Shown: positions 1-12,215, counted from the first letter of the stretch. The stretch is DNA of 43,263 nucleotides from Chiloscyllium plagiosum (GCF_004010195.1 NC_057719.1:49809662-49852924); one strand, 5' to 3'. Notes: generated by a model not told the origin, from the sequence alone. Numbers and translations: made by a program.

Positions 1-295
1 TGGGGCTTTTATCAGGCTGCTCCCATCTTAAGTGAAAGCCTGCTTTGCGCCACATCAACATAGTGAGGCCCACCTTTATGATCCATAACTGTTTGCCTTT
101 TTCCTCATTCTGCCATGCTCAAGGAATTTGTCATCTGGAGCATTCTGGTATTTTCCCATTTGACCAAATTTCAAAAGTAAGTAAAATATCTCTCTCCTGT
201 TATTTGTTCACATATCTTTGCTTCAATACAAGATGTTTAACCGGCTAAACCCAGCAGCTGTACCTATGGAGGAGGAGAAGATATAGGAATGCCCT

Positions 296-640
296 GGGTG
301 GCACAGTGGCTCAGAGGTTAGCACTGCTGCCTTACAGCACCAGGGACCCAGGTTTGATTCCAAACTTGGGCAGCTGTCTGCGTGGAGTTTGCACATTCTC
401 ACCCTATCTGTGTCAGTTTCCTCTAGGTGTTCCGGTTTCCTCCCACAGTCCAAAGATGTGCAGGTTAGATGAATTGGCCATGCTGAATTGCAAATAGTGT
501 TCAGGGATGTGTAGGTTAGGTGCATTAATCAAGGGAAATGTGAAGTAATAAGGTAGGGGAATGGGTCTGGGCAGGACACCATTCGGAGGGTCGGTATGGA
601 CTTGTTGAGCCAAATGGCCTGTCGGGGTTCTATCTATCTA
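296..640 (+). mobile_element. tRNA-derived SINE, HE1/V-SINE-like
   Basis: Pol III A box TGGCTCAGAGG (307-317) and B box GGTTTGATTCC (351-361). V-SINE-like central GTGGAGTTTGCACATTCTC...GTTTCCTCCCACAGTCCAAAGATGTGCAGGTTAG. The 3' tail resembles the CR1 3' ends in this window and ends in (TCTA)n. Confidence 0.9.
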
Positions 641-691
641 CAGCGGTAGTTATCTGCAGTTCAGACGGCTGCAGGTGTAGGTGAGCAAGCA

Positions 692-1695
692 GTGCCTAAA
701 GAGGAGAACCAGGGACTTCTACACCATCAGGCAGTGTTCCATGAGAGGGTCTACCCAAGGCAGTGCAGCTACCTGCAGATGAGTGAATGTCAATACCGCA
801 GGCACATTCACATGATTAGGAACACTGTCACCTACATGTGCCAGTTCCAGCAGGAAGATCTGATACCATGCACATTAGCAGAAGTGCTGTGCCAATAGTG
901 CTGAAGATTACAGGGAGATTGAATTTCCTTATCACAGGTCTCTTTCAAGCAGCAACTGGGGATTCGTGTGTCATCGCCCATTTGGTAGTCCACACACGTT
1001 TTTGTGAGTTTACAGATGCAGGAAAGCACATCTATTTTTGGCCTTCTCCACGGTCCCAGAGAGTCGAGCTGCCTAGGCTGTCAGATTTGCCTCCATCGCT
1101 GGCATCCCTCAAGTCCAAGAGGCCACTAATTTAGAATTAAAATTTTAAATTAGGTTTTTATTGTCACATGTGCTCAAGTATAGGGATACATGAGTACAGT
1201 GAAAAGTGTACAAAGTCACTATTTCCAGTGCCATCTTAGGTACAAAATCTTAGGTATAAGTTAGAAAAATAAAGAAATAAAATTTAAAGTTCAACATTAC
1301 AGTTCTTATAATGTAGAGAAGGAGACAGAAAAAATGCCTGCAGACATGTGGTGCTCCCTAGCATCATCGAGCCAAATTCCTGCCCAGAAATGGATTTCAC
1401 TCCCTCAATATCCAGCTCAATTGTAATCGCAGACAATTCCTGCAGATATGTGTCCCGCCATCCAGGGAGCTATCACAGTGTTAACCTTCTGCACAACTTT
1501 CATGTTCCTTAAATGTTTGCACCCCTGCATTATTTACAGGGCTGGCATGTGTGTGACAAGCGACACACACAGGGGGCTTGTCTAATGAGCTCCATGCAAA
1601 ACTGCACATTGAAGCTGAGCATTGCTACAATGGGTGCATGCATTCTCTGGATGCATCATTGAACAGGCACTGGTAAACTGAAGATGTGGGATTTG
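692..1695 (+). pseudogene. Degenerate PIF/Harbinger (HARBI1-like DDE) transposase, frameshifted and interrupted at about 1131-1337
   Basis: Ordered motifs across frames: RVYPRQCSYLQMSE; AVPIVLKITGRLNFLITGLFQAATGD; FASIAGIPQVQEA; CRHV; RNGFHSLNIQLNC; HPGSYH; LQGWHVCDK; EAEHCYN; IIEQ. They follow the order of Harbinger consensus motifs as I recall them (ALNFYATGSFQ, FAxIAGFPxVxGAIDCTHV, NRKGFHSINVQLVCD, PGSxHD, GWLLGDKGY, E.xRYN, VIExT). Confidence 0.8.
1135..1260 (-). mobile_element. Rex1/Babar-like LINE 3' end inserted in the Harbinger transposase
   Basis: Minus strand reads CTTTTCACTGTACTC...CATGTGACAATAAA, a typical Rex1-type 3' terminus. It splits the transposase between the GAID-like and CTHV-like motifs. 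Confidence 0.55.
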
Positions 1696-1699
1696 AGGG

Positions 1700-1812
1700 T
1701 TCTGCATAAACAGAGCTACCGTTTCATTGGAAAGCTAGAGTAGGCGGAAGATAATCAATTACGATATGATCGGTGTGATTGAGATGGCTCTGAGGTTTGG
1801 AACTGAATCCAG
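1700..1812 (+). mobile_element. Short CR1 endonuclease-domain fragment
   Basis: Translates IINYDMIGVIEM, similar to the CR1 APE N-terminal motif YDxIAITETW. Confidence 0.35.
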
Positions 1813-2029
1813 CTTTTCTGGTTGTGACCTTGTCCCATGCAACCCTTTGGTGAAAATATATCACCATGTCTTTTTTTTTCCCCCTCCTAGTTGCAACGTA
1901 AGGTCAGTGACCTAATGTTGCCTGAGTTCTTGTGTGTTGCAACTCACTTTATGTTTTAAGTGGGAAGTTTGTCAGATGTGTGAGTGCCGGTATCACTGTG
2001 GTGCATATAATGCAGCATTGGTAGCTCTA

Positions 2030-2235
2030 GTTTTTTTTCATTCACTCGTGGGATACGTGTGTCACTGACTGGGCCAGCATTCATCACCCATCCCTAGTTG
2101 CCCTTGAGAAGGTTGTAATGAGCTGCCATCTTGAACTGCTGCAGTTCATCTGGGATAGGTACACCCGCAATGCCTTTAGGGAGACAGCTCCAGGATTTGT
2201 GAGCCTGGAATTCCATGATTTTGATTCAGTGACCC
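2030..2235 (-). mobile_element. 3' end of an L2/CR1-superfamily LINE (same family as 27570-29400)
   Basis: Shares GGCCAGCATT..CCCATCCCTAGTTGCCCTTGAGAAGG..GAGCTGCC..CTTGAAC with the copies at 3585, 23200 and 27570. Confidence 0.75.
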
Positions 2236-2364
2236 ATATACATTGCACATAAGATGCATGATTGGCAATGCCTGGTACCTGAACATGTGTGTGACAGTGT
2301 CCTGTTGTGTCAAACTTACAGTGCTTCAAGCCTGTACGAGTGTGGGTTAGCACTGAGCAGACAG

Positions 2365-2595
2365 TGGCACTTGCCATGGCAGAGCACAGCAGATGATTCA
2401 CGCATTCATGTGCGGCTCCAAGGCATGGTTCTTTTGAACCACCCATGGGTGCTGACTTCCATGGCAAACTTGCTCGAGGCTGCCTTTGTCAATGAGGATC
2501 ACCTTTCGTTGCCATCTCTCAGAAAAAGTAAGTCCTTTCTCTTTGGAAAGCCTGCAGAGGAACCTCTCAGAAGCTGAAGCATGTGGCCACTTTTT
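2365..2595 (-). pseudogene. Degenerate Harbinger Myb/SANT-like DNA-binding ORF (first exon-like part)
   Basis: Minus strand gives LQAFQ/RKDLLFLRDGNER*SSLTKAASSKFAMEVST..KRT..CVNHLLCSA. This resembles the trihelix Myb/SANT pattern (RRDVLFP.DG...TK.AW..VA.EV...RT..QC.KR.NDL). It lies convergent with the transposase. Confidence 0.55.
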
Positions 2596-3584
2596 ATCTG
2601 ATACTAAACTTATCCAGAGTTATGAGGAGGTGACCAACAGAGGTTGAGCGTTGCTCTTCACTTGCAGAAAATTAGCTGCTGAATGCCTTTTAAATATACC
2701 GGCTAGAAGTGGAGTCCAGGATTCGAACTGCTGGCTGGGCTGCATCCCATAAAACTTGGCATTCTAATCACGCATGCATATGCAATGAGCTGAGAAGAAT
2801 ATTATCAGCTCAAGAATATAAGTGGGAGTACATTCCAAAAAGCAAGTTTCCGTTGAGGGATCAGAACACCATGAAATTCTGAGTCATTCTAGATGTCCCA
2901 ATAAAATGTTTCATCTTCTTCAAGTTTCCTTATTTATCTCGCCACAATGTATGGATCTATTTAGCTGATTACAAGATACAACTCTTTTCATAAGTTATTT
3001 AGTGATGATTCATAAACATAAGCTTATCATCTGACCAGTTTCAGAATCATTCGTTCATCACCTCTGTTTTTTTTATGTATGCCTTAAATTGAAAATGAAA
3101 TAATTATTTGAGTAGTTACACTATTTGAATCAAAATCCTGCTCTTAATATTCAGTATTCTGAGATCTGACTAAACTAAATGTTGCCAATTGTGTCTCCAT
3201 TTATTGGAACAATGTAACTGATTTTATATAACCTCATGCAGACACAATTACTGTACTTCATTAACACAAGAAAATAATACAATCATTCATCTTGCCTTAT
3301 GAGCATTTGAATTTATTCTCAATATATTTTTTCTTGGAAGCACACAGACTAACTAACATACAGTGCTCATCCTTCTCTTAGGAGAAGAGAAACCAGTAGT
3401 ATGACCAGTAGCTTTTAAATTGGTTTTGATGATCTTTTTAATGGTACCATCTAACATCCTTCTGCAGGAAGGCAACCGGATATTTTAATAAGAGATTTTG
3501 ATTGCTGAGGAAATAGTCTTTAATGGACTGTGTAGCCCTTTCCCACTGACTTTACTACCTTAGAGATTTACTTTTCAGTTTTCC

Positions 3585-3860
3585 TTTAGTGGATGTGGGA
3601 ATCTCTGGCTGGGACAGCATTTATTGTTTAGTTGCATTGGAGAAGGTGAGCTGCCTTATTGAACTGCTCCTTCACTCAATGCAAGTAGCCACACAAGGCC
3701 GTTAGGAAAGGAGTTGCAGGATTTTGATACAGCAACAATAACAGAACAGCAATATATTTCTACATCAGGAAATTGCAGGTGATGGTGTTCCCATGTATCT
3801 GCTGCCCTTGTCCTTTTAGATGATAATGTCTGTGGGTTTTGAAGATATTGTTTAAAAAGC
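3585..3860 (-). mobile_element. 3' fragment of the L2/CR1-superfamily LINE
   Basis: Homologous to 27580-27880 (GATGTGGG..CTGGCTGG..CAGCATTTATTG; CTGCTGCCCTTGTCCTT). Confidence 0.7.
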
Positions 3861-4149
3861 TTTGCTTAAAGGTAGTAATGATGAAGAAACAGCAAAAATA
3901 CTATTCTTACTACTGCTCTGAAAGTGACAGCAATCTCTGCAGCTGAGTTTAACTTTCAGGCTCACTCATGGTCAGGAAAGCTAGCAGTGTGTTGGGAAGC
4001 CACACATTTCAATAGTACGTTTGCCAGGTGTTTTTTATCCCAAACATTGTATTTGCAACTGACTTCCAGTATTTTTTTCCTGAACAATCAGAGCGAGTGG
4101 ATGAGATGATGAGTTGCATCAGTCTTGTTCAGACCATTAAAACATATAT

Positions 4150-4600
4150 TTACATGATATTCATAACCGCTTCTCTAATGTAAAGAGATATCCCAAGGCA
4201 CATCACAGCAGTTTATAACACAATATGGTAGAAAGCAACATAAAGAGATATTAGGATAGATGATTGAAAAAACGGACAAAGTGGTAGATTTAAAAAAACA
4301 TCTTAAGGGAGGACAACAAAATAGGTAAGTGTAGGGAGGGAATCCAAGAATTTATGGCTGAACAACTGAAAGCACAGCCAGTAATGGTGAAGTGATTAAA
4401 GGGAAGACTGCAAATGCTGGAGAATCAGAGTCAGAGAGTGTGGCACTAGAAAAGCACAAGAGGATTCCTGATGAAGGGCTTATGTTTGAAACATCGACTC
4501 TCCTGCTCTTCCGATGCTGCCTGATTTGCTGTGCTTTCCCAGCACCACAGTCTTTGACGCTGAATTGATTAAAGCCTGGCTCAAGAGGCCATAATTAGCT
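4150..4600 (-). mobile_element. L2 LINE 3' fragment, interrupted by a PLE-derived insert
   Basis: ATCCCAAGGC..CACAG..GAGATATTAGGA..TAGGGAGGGAATCCAAGA..CTGAAAGCACAGCCA..ATGGTG..GATTAAA..CTCAAGAGGCC matches the typical vertebrate L2 3' region in reverse. Confidence 0.6.
4402..4560. mobile_element. Short inverted PLE-terminus element with a decayed hammerhead core
   Basis: CTGATGA (4468-4474) and GAAACATC. Flanked by a 14-bp duplication TGAA(G/T)TGATTAAAG at 4388-4401 and 4561-4574. Confidence 0.75.
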
Positions 4601-4619
4601 CAGGTATCTTAGATTCTTT

Positions 4620-6174
4620 CTGGCAGGATTTTTCAGTCAGCAGGGTATCCTGCCCCATCACTCACAAAGCTATCCCAGTTAATACTTGCTGCCTGGTAAC
4701 CATTTAATATTCTGTAAGCCCTAATTGATTGGAGACAGGACTTTTGCCCACACTTGGGAGGATGTCTTGCATTACAGAGCTGCGGTCAATTAGACTTTCT
4801 ACATGGCAAATCAATAATCACAATAACACCACTCGTGCCAAGTGGTGGCCATCATTGAGACTACAAGCAGTCCCTGAAGAAGAGGAGATATTGGCAGCCC
4901 CATGTCACAGAAGTGTAGGCAGGCCCAAGTGAGCACAGTAGAAGTTGTATTATCTATTGTAGGAAACAAAGCATTGAAGAATAAACTGATCAGTAGTTAA
5001 TGACCCAGATCTTCAGATCTCAGGGTTGTCAGAGACTACATGTCCAATCCAAGATGCAAGTTAGAGTCAGACATTTCTAACTTATCTGGATAGTTACACA
5101 GGAAATGTTGGTCAGAACAATCGGTGCAACTCTTGGATAACTATGTTACTGACAACTCCTGCCCCCACAATTCATCTGTAATGCTCCTGACTCAATCTGA
5201 CTGGACTGTTTCCAATACTCTCTATAATCCCCCAACCCTTTAACAATTCAACCCAATGCGTCACCATTACCTGACTCCTCATTGGCCTTCCAACAATCCT
5301 CTGACCTCCATTTCCTCTCAAGCCTGACAAGATCTCATTCCGAAATCCCACCCTGACCCCATCCAGTTCATGCCAATTCTACCTTGACTAGATTTGATCA
5401 GACCCTGTCACTGTGTCCTCCCAATCCTCTGAGACCCCCCCCCAAGTCTCTGACTTGCACCCCACCCCAACCTCACCTGCCTAGCCCCTGACTTGACAAG
5501 CCTTCCCAACCTGACCCATCGATGTATTCACTCCCCACCAACAACCTATCCATCTATACACTTCCCAGTTGCCCATCTACCCATTGTGCAGAAACCAGCC
5601 AAACCCAACTGCCAACCCTGCTACTGTACTCCCTTTTCACAGTTTATAGCTACCACCCAAGCAATCAGGTACCCTACCATGGACTGCACTACCTCCCTAC
5701 ATTCTTGACTTCCTACCACCACTCTACCCTACCTAGTTGCCATCCTACCTACCTAGCAGCTTGTTAAGCTACACACTGCCACCTTATCTGCCTATCAGTT
5801 TACCACCATGCCATTTATACACCTATCAGTCAACAGAGATCTTTTAGAATTGTGACCCTATTCACCTGCCATATGATCTGTCTGCCACCCTGCCCACTTA
5901 CCTCACCCAATCTACACCCTTATTCACTTACACATTCATTTATTCACTCATAAACTCACACAAACACACCAAGATGTTCCAGCATCTTTAAACTGCTATG
6001 TACAAGAAATATGGCAGTGGTTGCCATGGCATCTAAGCATTGCTCTCTGAGGAATTCTACTCTGCAGGAATTTTCCAGGATCCTCCATCCGATGATTAGC
6101 CAGAAATCAGAGAAAGCTTAATGAGTAATTTTTTTTGTTCTTTTTTAAAAAGAGTCACTCTGATGCTGCCTGGA
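4620..6174. repeat. Unclassified interspersed repeat with a long C-rich low-complexity core (about 5150-5960), possibly a non-autonomous DNA element
   Basis: Strong C/A skew. Ends GGCAGGATTTTTCAG and CTGGAAAATTT are loosely inverted. Similar architecture occurs at 41900-42830. Confidence 0.35.
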
Positions 6175-6196
6175 AAATTTAGATTGCAATCAACTA

Positions 6197-6761
6197 GGAG
6201 TAAGTGAGGACTGCAGATGCTGAAGATCAGAGCTTAAAAATGTGTTGCTGGAAAAGCGCAGCAGGGTCAAGAAGGCAGTGCTGAGTCTGAGGGTTGGGAC
6301 TGAGAAAAGGTGGGGGGAGGGGAAAAGAGGAAGCTGGAGAAATCTGCATTCATCCCTTGTGGTTGGAGGGTTCCTAGGCTGAAGATGAAGCGCTCTTCCT
6401 CCAGGCATCGTGTTGCCATGGTCTGGCGATGGTGGAGGCCAAGGACCTGCATGTCCTTGGCAGTGTGGGAGGGGGAGTTAAAGTGTTCAGCTACGGGGCG
6501 GTTGGGTTGGTTGGTGCGGGTGTCCCAGAGGTGTTCTCTGAAATGTTCCTACTCCCTCTCCAGCCTATCACCCTCACCTTAACCTCCTTCCACCTATCGT
6601 ATTCCCAACGCCCCTCCCCCAAGTCCCTCCTCCCTACCTTTTATCTTAGCCTGCTTGGCACACCCTCCTCATTCCTGAAGAAGGGCTTATGCCCGAAACG
6701 TCGATTCTCCTGCTCCTTTGGTGCTGCCTGACCTGCTGCGCTTTTCTAGCAATACATTTTT
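6197..6761. mobile_element. Neptune-like Penelope 3' fragment in inverted configuration with an intact hammerhead core
   Basis: Minus-strand GIY-YIG C-terminus MQVLGLHHRQTMATRCLEEERFIFSLGTLQPQGMNADFSSF (6267-6452), then a plus-strand C-rich UTR and CTGAAGA-A-GGGCTTATGCCC-GAAACGTC (6675-6702). Duplication AAATTTAGATTGCA at 6175-6188 and 6762-6775. Confidence 0.85.
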
Positions 6762-8292
6762 AAATTTAGATTGCAGCCAAATTTGCAATGTTATCCATAA
6801 AAGCCCTTTATTCACAAGATCTTTAAAACAACAAAATTGCATTGACAATAGGGGACAGAAAATGAATTTTCAAATTGTGTTTCCTTGATATTCAGTTAGT
6901 GAATGAGTCAATTTTGAATGTTTATCAGTTCAGCAATATAGTTCAATTTAAAATTGGTAATGAAATGAAACTGCTCAGGCAGCACCGATAGATACAAGAA
7001 AGACTAACATCTCAGAAACTGAGTGGTGCCCAAACATTATTAAGTTCCAGAAAAACTCTGAATTTTTTCTCTTAATACATAACAGTTTTTCTTTTCTAAC
7101 TGCAATCAGTGGCTTTAAATGTTTCAGTCAGTAACTGAAATGAATTCCAGTGAGTTCATAGTACAATCTACTGAGCCTAATTTGAAAATAATAAGTAAAT
7201 ATTTTATACCGTGCAGATTTTTCTGCCAAGTCTGAAAATAATTACACCCTTTATTTCTAGAATTAGGTAGTGAACATCACTGTAAAAATCTCCTAAAGCT
7301 TCCATTTTTGCAATTTTTTTTGATTACATAAGAGCACTTCTAAAAACATTAAATTGTTGGCATCCAAGCTGCCTGTGCCAAGACAGAAATAAGATTGACT
7401 GGTCTTCAAGTTGTCTTCAACTAAGTGAAATAGATTTTTAAGAATCTCACACCTAAAAAGTGATCTTCATTCACAAATAAAATAAAAATGGCAAAAATTT
7501 CACAAGACCATCACAGTGTAGTGTGAACAAAATTCAAATTGCTGTCATCTCTGAACTAAAATTTGTGCTGCTCACCTGCTGTCATAGACAGATGAGATAA
7601 TTTAGGAAAATTTTCTTGTCGCATGTCCTGTTATGCAGCTTTTATTAGCTACTGTATATTCTGCATATAATAGCAATGTCTTCACTTCATACAGTTAATT
7701 GATCCTTCTGAAGCCAAAATCAGTGGGTTGGTGCCACTCAAAAGGTTGCCATCACATAACTTCCCACTCAATGAAGTAGACGTATTCCCTGAATGAGCCA
7801 AGGCAGTCTCCCCATGTGCTCAGTTAAAGTCCTATAACCGCAAGGGTAGTCCTCTCCACCCCGCCCCGCTCACACTCCCACTATCAGATTCCACAGTTTC
7901 CTCCCCTCTTCAGGCATATGTTCCATCTACTGTACCTGGACAGCCTGCAAAATTGGCACTTCCATTTCTAAGCCAATGATTCCAAGGGATTTTTCTTCAT
8001 GTTCATTTTATTTTACCACTCTAGTACATTGTCTTCTATGTTTTGTTTTATCTGAGTCTTGGCATTTAGTGCTTTTAAACTATTTATTATCTGTCATGTC
8101 TGTTATCAGATCCAAAGTAAGACTTTTTAATCAGGGAATGTTTTTAGCAACCTTCGGCTTAAATCTGCTGCTGCCACTGTCAACTAAAATTTCACAAATT
8201 TTGCTGGAAATTCTATTCTTTTTCATGTAATTATCACATCTTCTCTTGACAAAATGATCAATCGTCATCACTGAAATCATCATCCACAGAAA

Positions 8293-8707
8293 TGAATGGT
8301 CAAATGTCATGTGCTGTCACAAATTCCTTCTAGGTATGCATTTCTTCAGGGTCCTTGAGGTCCAGATGAGGGTGGACACCTTCTGTCTAATCAAAATAGT
8401 CTCTTACACGAAACAAGATATAGTTATTGCATCTCTGCAACAATTTCACATGTTACAAGGATGTAGTGTACATTATTACAGAGATTTGTTTGAGGATTTT
8501 AGGTCTGACACCTCCAAATATACTTAGTTGCTCTCCCCACCAGTCATCATGACATCATCACAATGTGCAGTGGTTAAGACATCCACTCAGTATTATGTAC
8601 TTTAGACCTGTAAAACACGTCCATACAAGCTTTTAATTCTCATTTCATTATTATTATTATGATGATTATTACAGATTTATTTATTTAATTATATGCACCA
8701 GCTTACA
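8293..8707 (-). mobile_element. 3' LTR of a decayed Gypsy retrotransposon
   Basis: Starts TGTAAGC on the minus strand right after the polypurine tract GGGGGGAGG (8712-8720). Alignable with 13082-13370 (AAACAAGA.ATAGTTATT, ACATGTTAC.AGGAT, TACATTATT, TTAGGTCTGAC). Confidence 0.7.
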
Positions 8708-8745
8708 CGGTCCTCCCCCCACAAAATCCTCACCATAACTTGACT

Positions 8746-10172
8746 TCATAAATTCCCACTATCTGGAGATTTCACTGTTCTCCCTGAACATATTCTCTTC
8801 AGACCTGAAAGTATGGTATTTGTTGGTTAGAAAGTAAATGTATTTCACTGTCTTCCTGATGCGATATGGTTCATCTCAATAAATAATCTGAGGACAGCTC
8901 AAGCAGAATGATATGAGGTTCCTGCAATTCATTTGAATGGCCCCTACAATTGATGTATAACCTTAATTAGTTCATAACTCCGTGGAGGATCATATATTTC
9001 TTGTTTAGATCCCTAATCAATACCAATTGGCCCATTCCTAGTTCTGGCAAATTTCTCACATAGTAACATTACAATTGTTCTTCATCAAGTACCACATGAT
9101 AATCATGATGGCTTAGGTATGAAGCCAATTTCTTAGGTTAGGGAGCTGAATTTTCAGCTATCTGCCCGTCAGTATCTCAGATGATACGAGATGACCTTAG
9201 TATGGGATGGGCTAACAGTTCAATGGTTCTTTGCAGAAATCAGAATGCCTTTTCAAGTGTAACCACTTTGACTCCACCTTTGGCCTCCTGGTTAGCTTGT
9301 GGATACTGTGATGACCTTGTGATGTGCTCAATCCAGAATTGGCTATGAAATGACTGAAACACCCACTTACTGATTGTGACCCATCGTCCAAAACAACCAC
9401 ATCAGGGATACTATGGGTTAGAAATATTTCACATAAGACATAGTTAACTGCTTCTGTAGTTGTAGTATTCAATTTACTAACTTTGATCCATAAGGAAAAC
9501 TAACTAACTGACTACAACGAGGGAAGACATTGCATGAAGTACAAGCAAATCCCTCCCTACACATTGCTGTGTTAGTTGGGAATTTGCCAGACAATGAGGG
9601 TTCTCTTTGTTTCAATTTGTGAATGGTACATGTCTGACATTTGGCAGAAAGTTCCTCAATGGCCCTGGAGATCCCAGGTCAACACATTGCAATGGAGCTG
9701 TGATCCTACACTGGGTGATTTCAAAACAAACTTGCATGCAGCTTTACCAGGATGTCCTCTCAAAATGGAGCTGGGATGGTCAGTCATTTGCCACACCGTA
9801 GTGTCATTAGTAATAGTAAAATTATAATTCAAATACATTTTCACAGTCACATTGGTACAGCAAACCCTTGGTGCAGTATCAGAGGTTGTTGAGACATTCT
9901 TGTTCTCTCTTTTGTTCTTGTAAAATCTGAGCAATGGGGGCCTTCCTGCAAGGGGGGGGGGGGCCTTCCTGCTGATTGTGCCATCGTGACTGGGTGTGTG
10001 GCTCAAGTTCTTGAATGAAATTGACATCATCACTGGCAAGGCTGTCAACTGTCACTCTGGATTGTGCGCTTACCATTCTCTGCAGCTTTCCCTGCCATAA
10101 ATCTTCATAAGTGAACCCCGTGAATAGCAAAATCTTTGTATTGTTCGAGGCAATCTTCCAATTCCCTCTCAT
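8746..10172 (-). pseudogene. Gypsy pol remnant (RNase H end, integrase zinc-finger and core, C-terminus)
   Basis: FTYE..QGKLQ..SRVTV; PGISRAIEELSAKCQTCTIHK..REP; EIFLTHSIPDVVVLDDGSQ (cf. EIFATHGIPDxVxSDNGPQF); terminal SGRTVKSPDSGNL* before the PPT. Many frameshifts. Confidence 0.85.
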
Positions 10173-10174
10173 CT

Positions 10175-12215
10175 ATAAGAACATTTCAACATATGACCAG
10201 GAAGCAGGAATAAGGGACTCAGCCTCTTGAGACTGCTCTACCATTCAATAACGCCAAAGCTGGTCTAATTGTAAACTTAATTCACATTCCCATCTATCCC
10301 CTTACTTAACAAGAATCTATCTACCTGCCTTAAAAATATTCAAGGATAATGGTTCCACCATCATTTCAGGAAGAGAGTTCCAAAGACTCATGACATTCTG
10401 TGACAAAAAAACTCACCATCTCTTATTTAAATGGCTGACCCCTGATTTTCAAACAGTAAACATTAGTTCTAGATTGTCACAGAGGAGGAAACATCCTCTC
10501 AATATTGACCTTGTCAAGACCCCTCAGAAGCTTATTTGTTTCAATCAAGTCACCTTTTCCTCTTCTGAACTCCACAGGATACCTAACTTGTCTGACCTTT
10601 CCTCAGAACACAACCCATACAATAGACAATAGACAATAGGTGCAGGAGTAGGCCATTCTGCCCTTTGAGCCTGCACTACCATTCAATATGATCATGGCTG
10701 ATCATCCTTAATCAGTATCCTGTTCCTGCCTTATCTCCATAACCCTTGATTCCAATATCCTTGAGAGCTCTATCCAACTCTTTCTTAAATGAATCTAGAG
10801 ACTGGGCCTCCACTGCCCTCTGGGGCAGAGCATTCCACACAGCCACCACTCTCTGGTGAAGAAGTTCCTCTTCATCTCTGTCCTAAGTGGTCTACCTCGT
10901 ATTTTTAAGCTGTGTCCTCTGGTTCGGCACTCACCCATCAGCGGAAACATGTTTCTTGCCTCCAGAGTGTCCAATCCTTTAATAATCTTATATGTCTCAA
11001 TCAGATCCCCTCTCAGTCAAGGGTATACAAGCCCAGTCGCTCCAGTCTTTCAGCGTAAGGTAGTCCCGCTATTCCAGGAATTGACCTCATGAACCTACAC
11101 TGCACTCCCTCAATAGCCAGAATGTCTTTCCTCAAATTTGGAGACCAGAACTGCACACAATACTCCAGGTGTGGTCTCACCAGGGCCCTGTACAGCTGCA
11201 GAAGAACCTCTTTGCTTCTATACTCAATCACTCTTGTTGCCATGCATCTGCCCACTCAACTAACCTGCTCAGGTCACCCTGTAATCTCCTAACATCCTCC
11301 TCACATTTCACTCTACCCAGCTTAGTATCATCAGCAAATTTGCTAATGTTATTACTAATACCATCTTCTATATCATTAATATATATTGTAAAAAGCTGCG
11401 GTCCCAGCACTGATCCCTGCAGTACCCCACTGGTCACTGCCTGCCATTCCGAAATGGAGCCCGTTTATCACTACTCTTTGTTTCCTGACAGCCAACCAAC
11501 TTTCAATCCAAGTTAGTACTAGGCCCCCAATACCACGCGCCCTAATTTTGCTCACTAAATACCATGCGCCCTAATTTTGCTCACTAAATTTTGCTTACAT
11601 TCCAGCTAATAGTCTGACAAATCTTCTCTGAACTGCTTCTAATGCATTTACATCTTTCCTTACATAAGGTGAGCAATACTATGCTTAGTACCCAAAGAAC
11701 AGTCTCACCAAAGCCCATAATATCTGAAGCATAGCCTCCTTCCTTTTGTATCCAATCCCCCTCGCAATAAGCAAAAACATCCTATTAGCTTTCCGAATTA
11801 CTAGCTATACCTGCGTACTTTTTTTGTGATTCATGCACTAGGTACTAGTCTACTCCTGAGCATCTCAGAACTCTGCAAGCTCTTACCATTTACACAATAT
11901 GCTTCCTTTTTATTTTTCTGAACAAAATGAACAATTTCACACTTCCCCAAATTATATTTGATTTCACACGTCTTTGCCCATCCGCTTATTTTTGTAAACT
12001 CCTTATGTCCTCTTCATAACTTATTTATTACTTATCTTGTGTCATCAGCAAATTTTGCAACGATGCCTTCTATCTCCTTCATCCAAGTAATTCAGATGAA
12101 TTTAAAACAGCTGAAATCCTTGTACTTCAGCTTATGGCACAATCTTTGTTACATTTTATAAACCCAAAAAGGACTAATTTATGTCTGTACCTGTTTCTTG
12201 GTAACCAGCCAATTA
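10175..12215 (-). mobile_element. Older CR1 LINE 3' fragment inserted in the Gypsy element, itself split by a younger CR1
   Basis: CR1 3' UTR at about 10175-10620. RT-region sequence resumes at 11597-12215 (GTGTCATCAGCAAATTT = KFADDT on the minus strand). Confidence 0.8.
10620..11595 (-). mobile_element. Young CR1 LINE, 5'-truncated, internally deleted
   Basis: (TCTATTG)n tail; SGVLQGSVLGPQLFTIYIND..KFADDTKL and LYRALVRPHLEYCVQFWSP. Near-identical to 31093-32545. Confidence 0.95.

Noticed and set aside
296..370. tRNA gene
   Set aside because: A and B boxes are present, but the sequence continues into a SINE body and LINE-like tail. It is a tRNA-derived SINE head.
9952..9963. G12 run as a regulatory element
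   Set aside because: It lies inside decayed Gypsy pol and is likely a homopolymer expansion or sequencing error.
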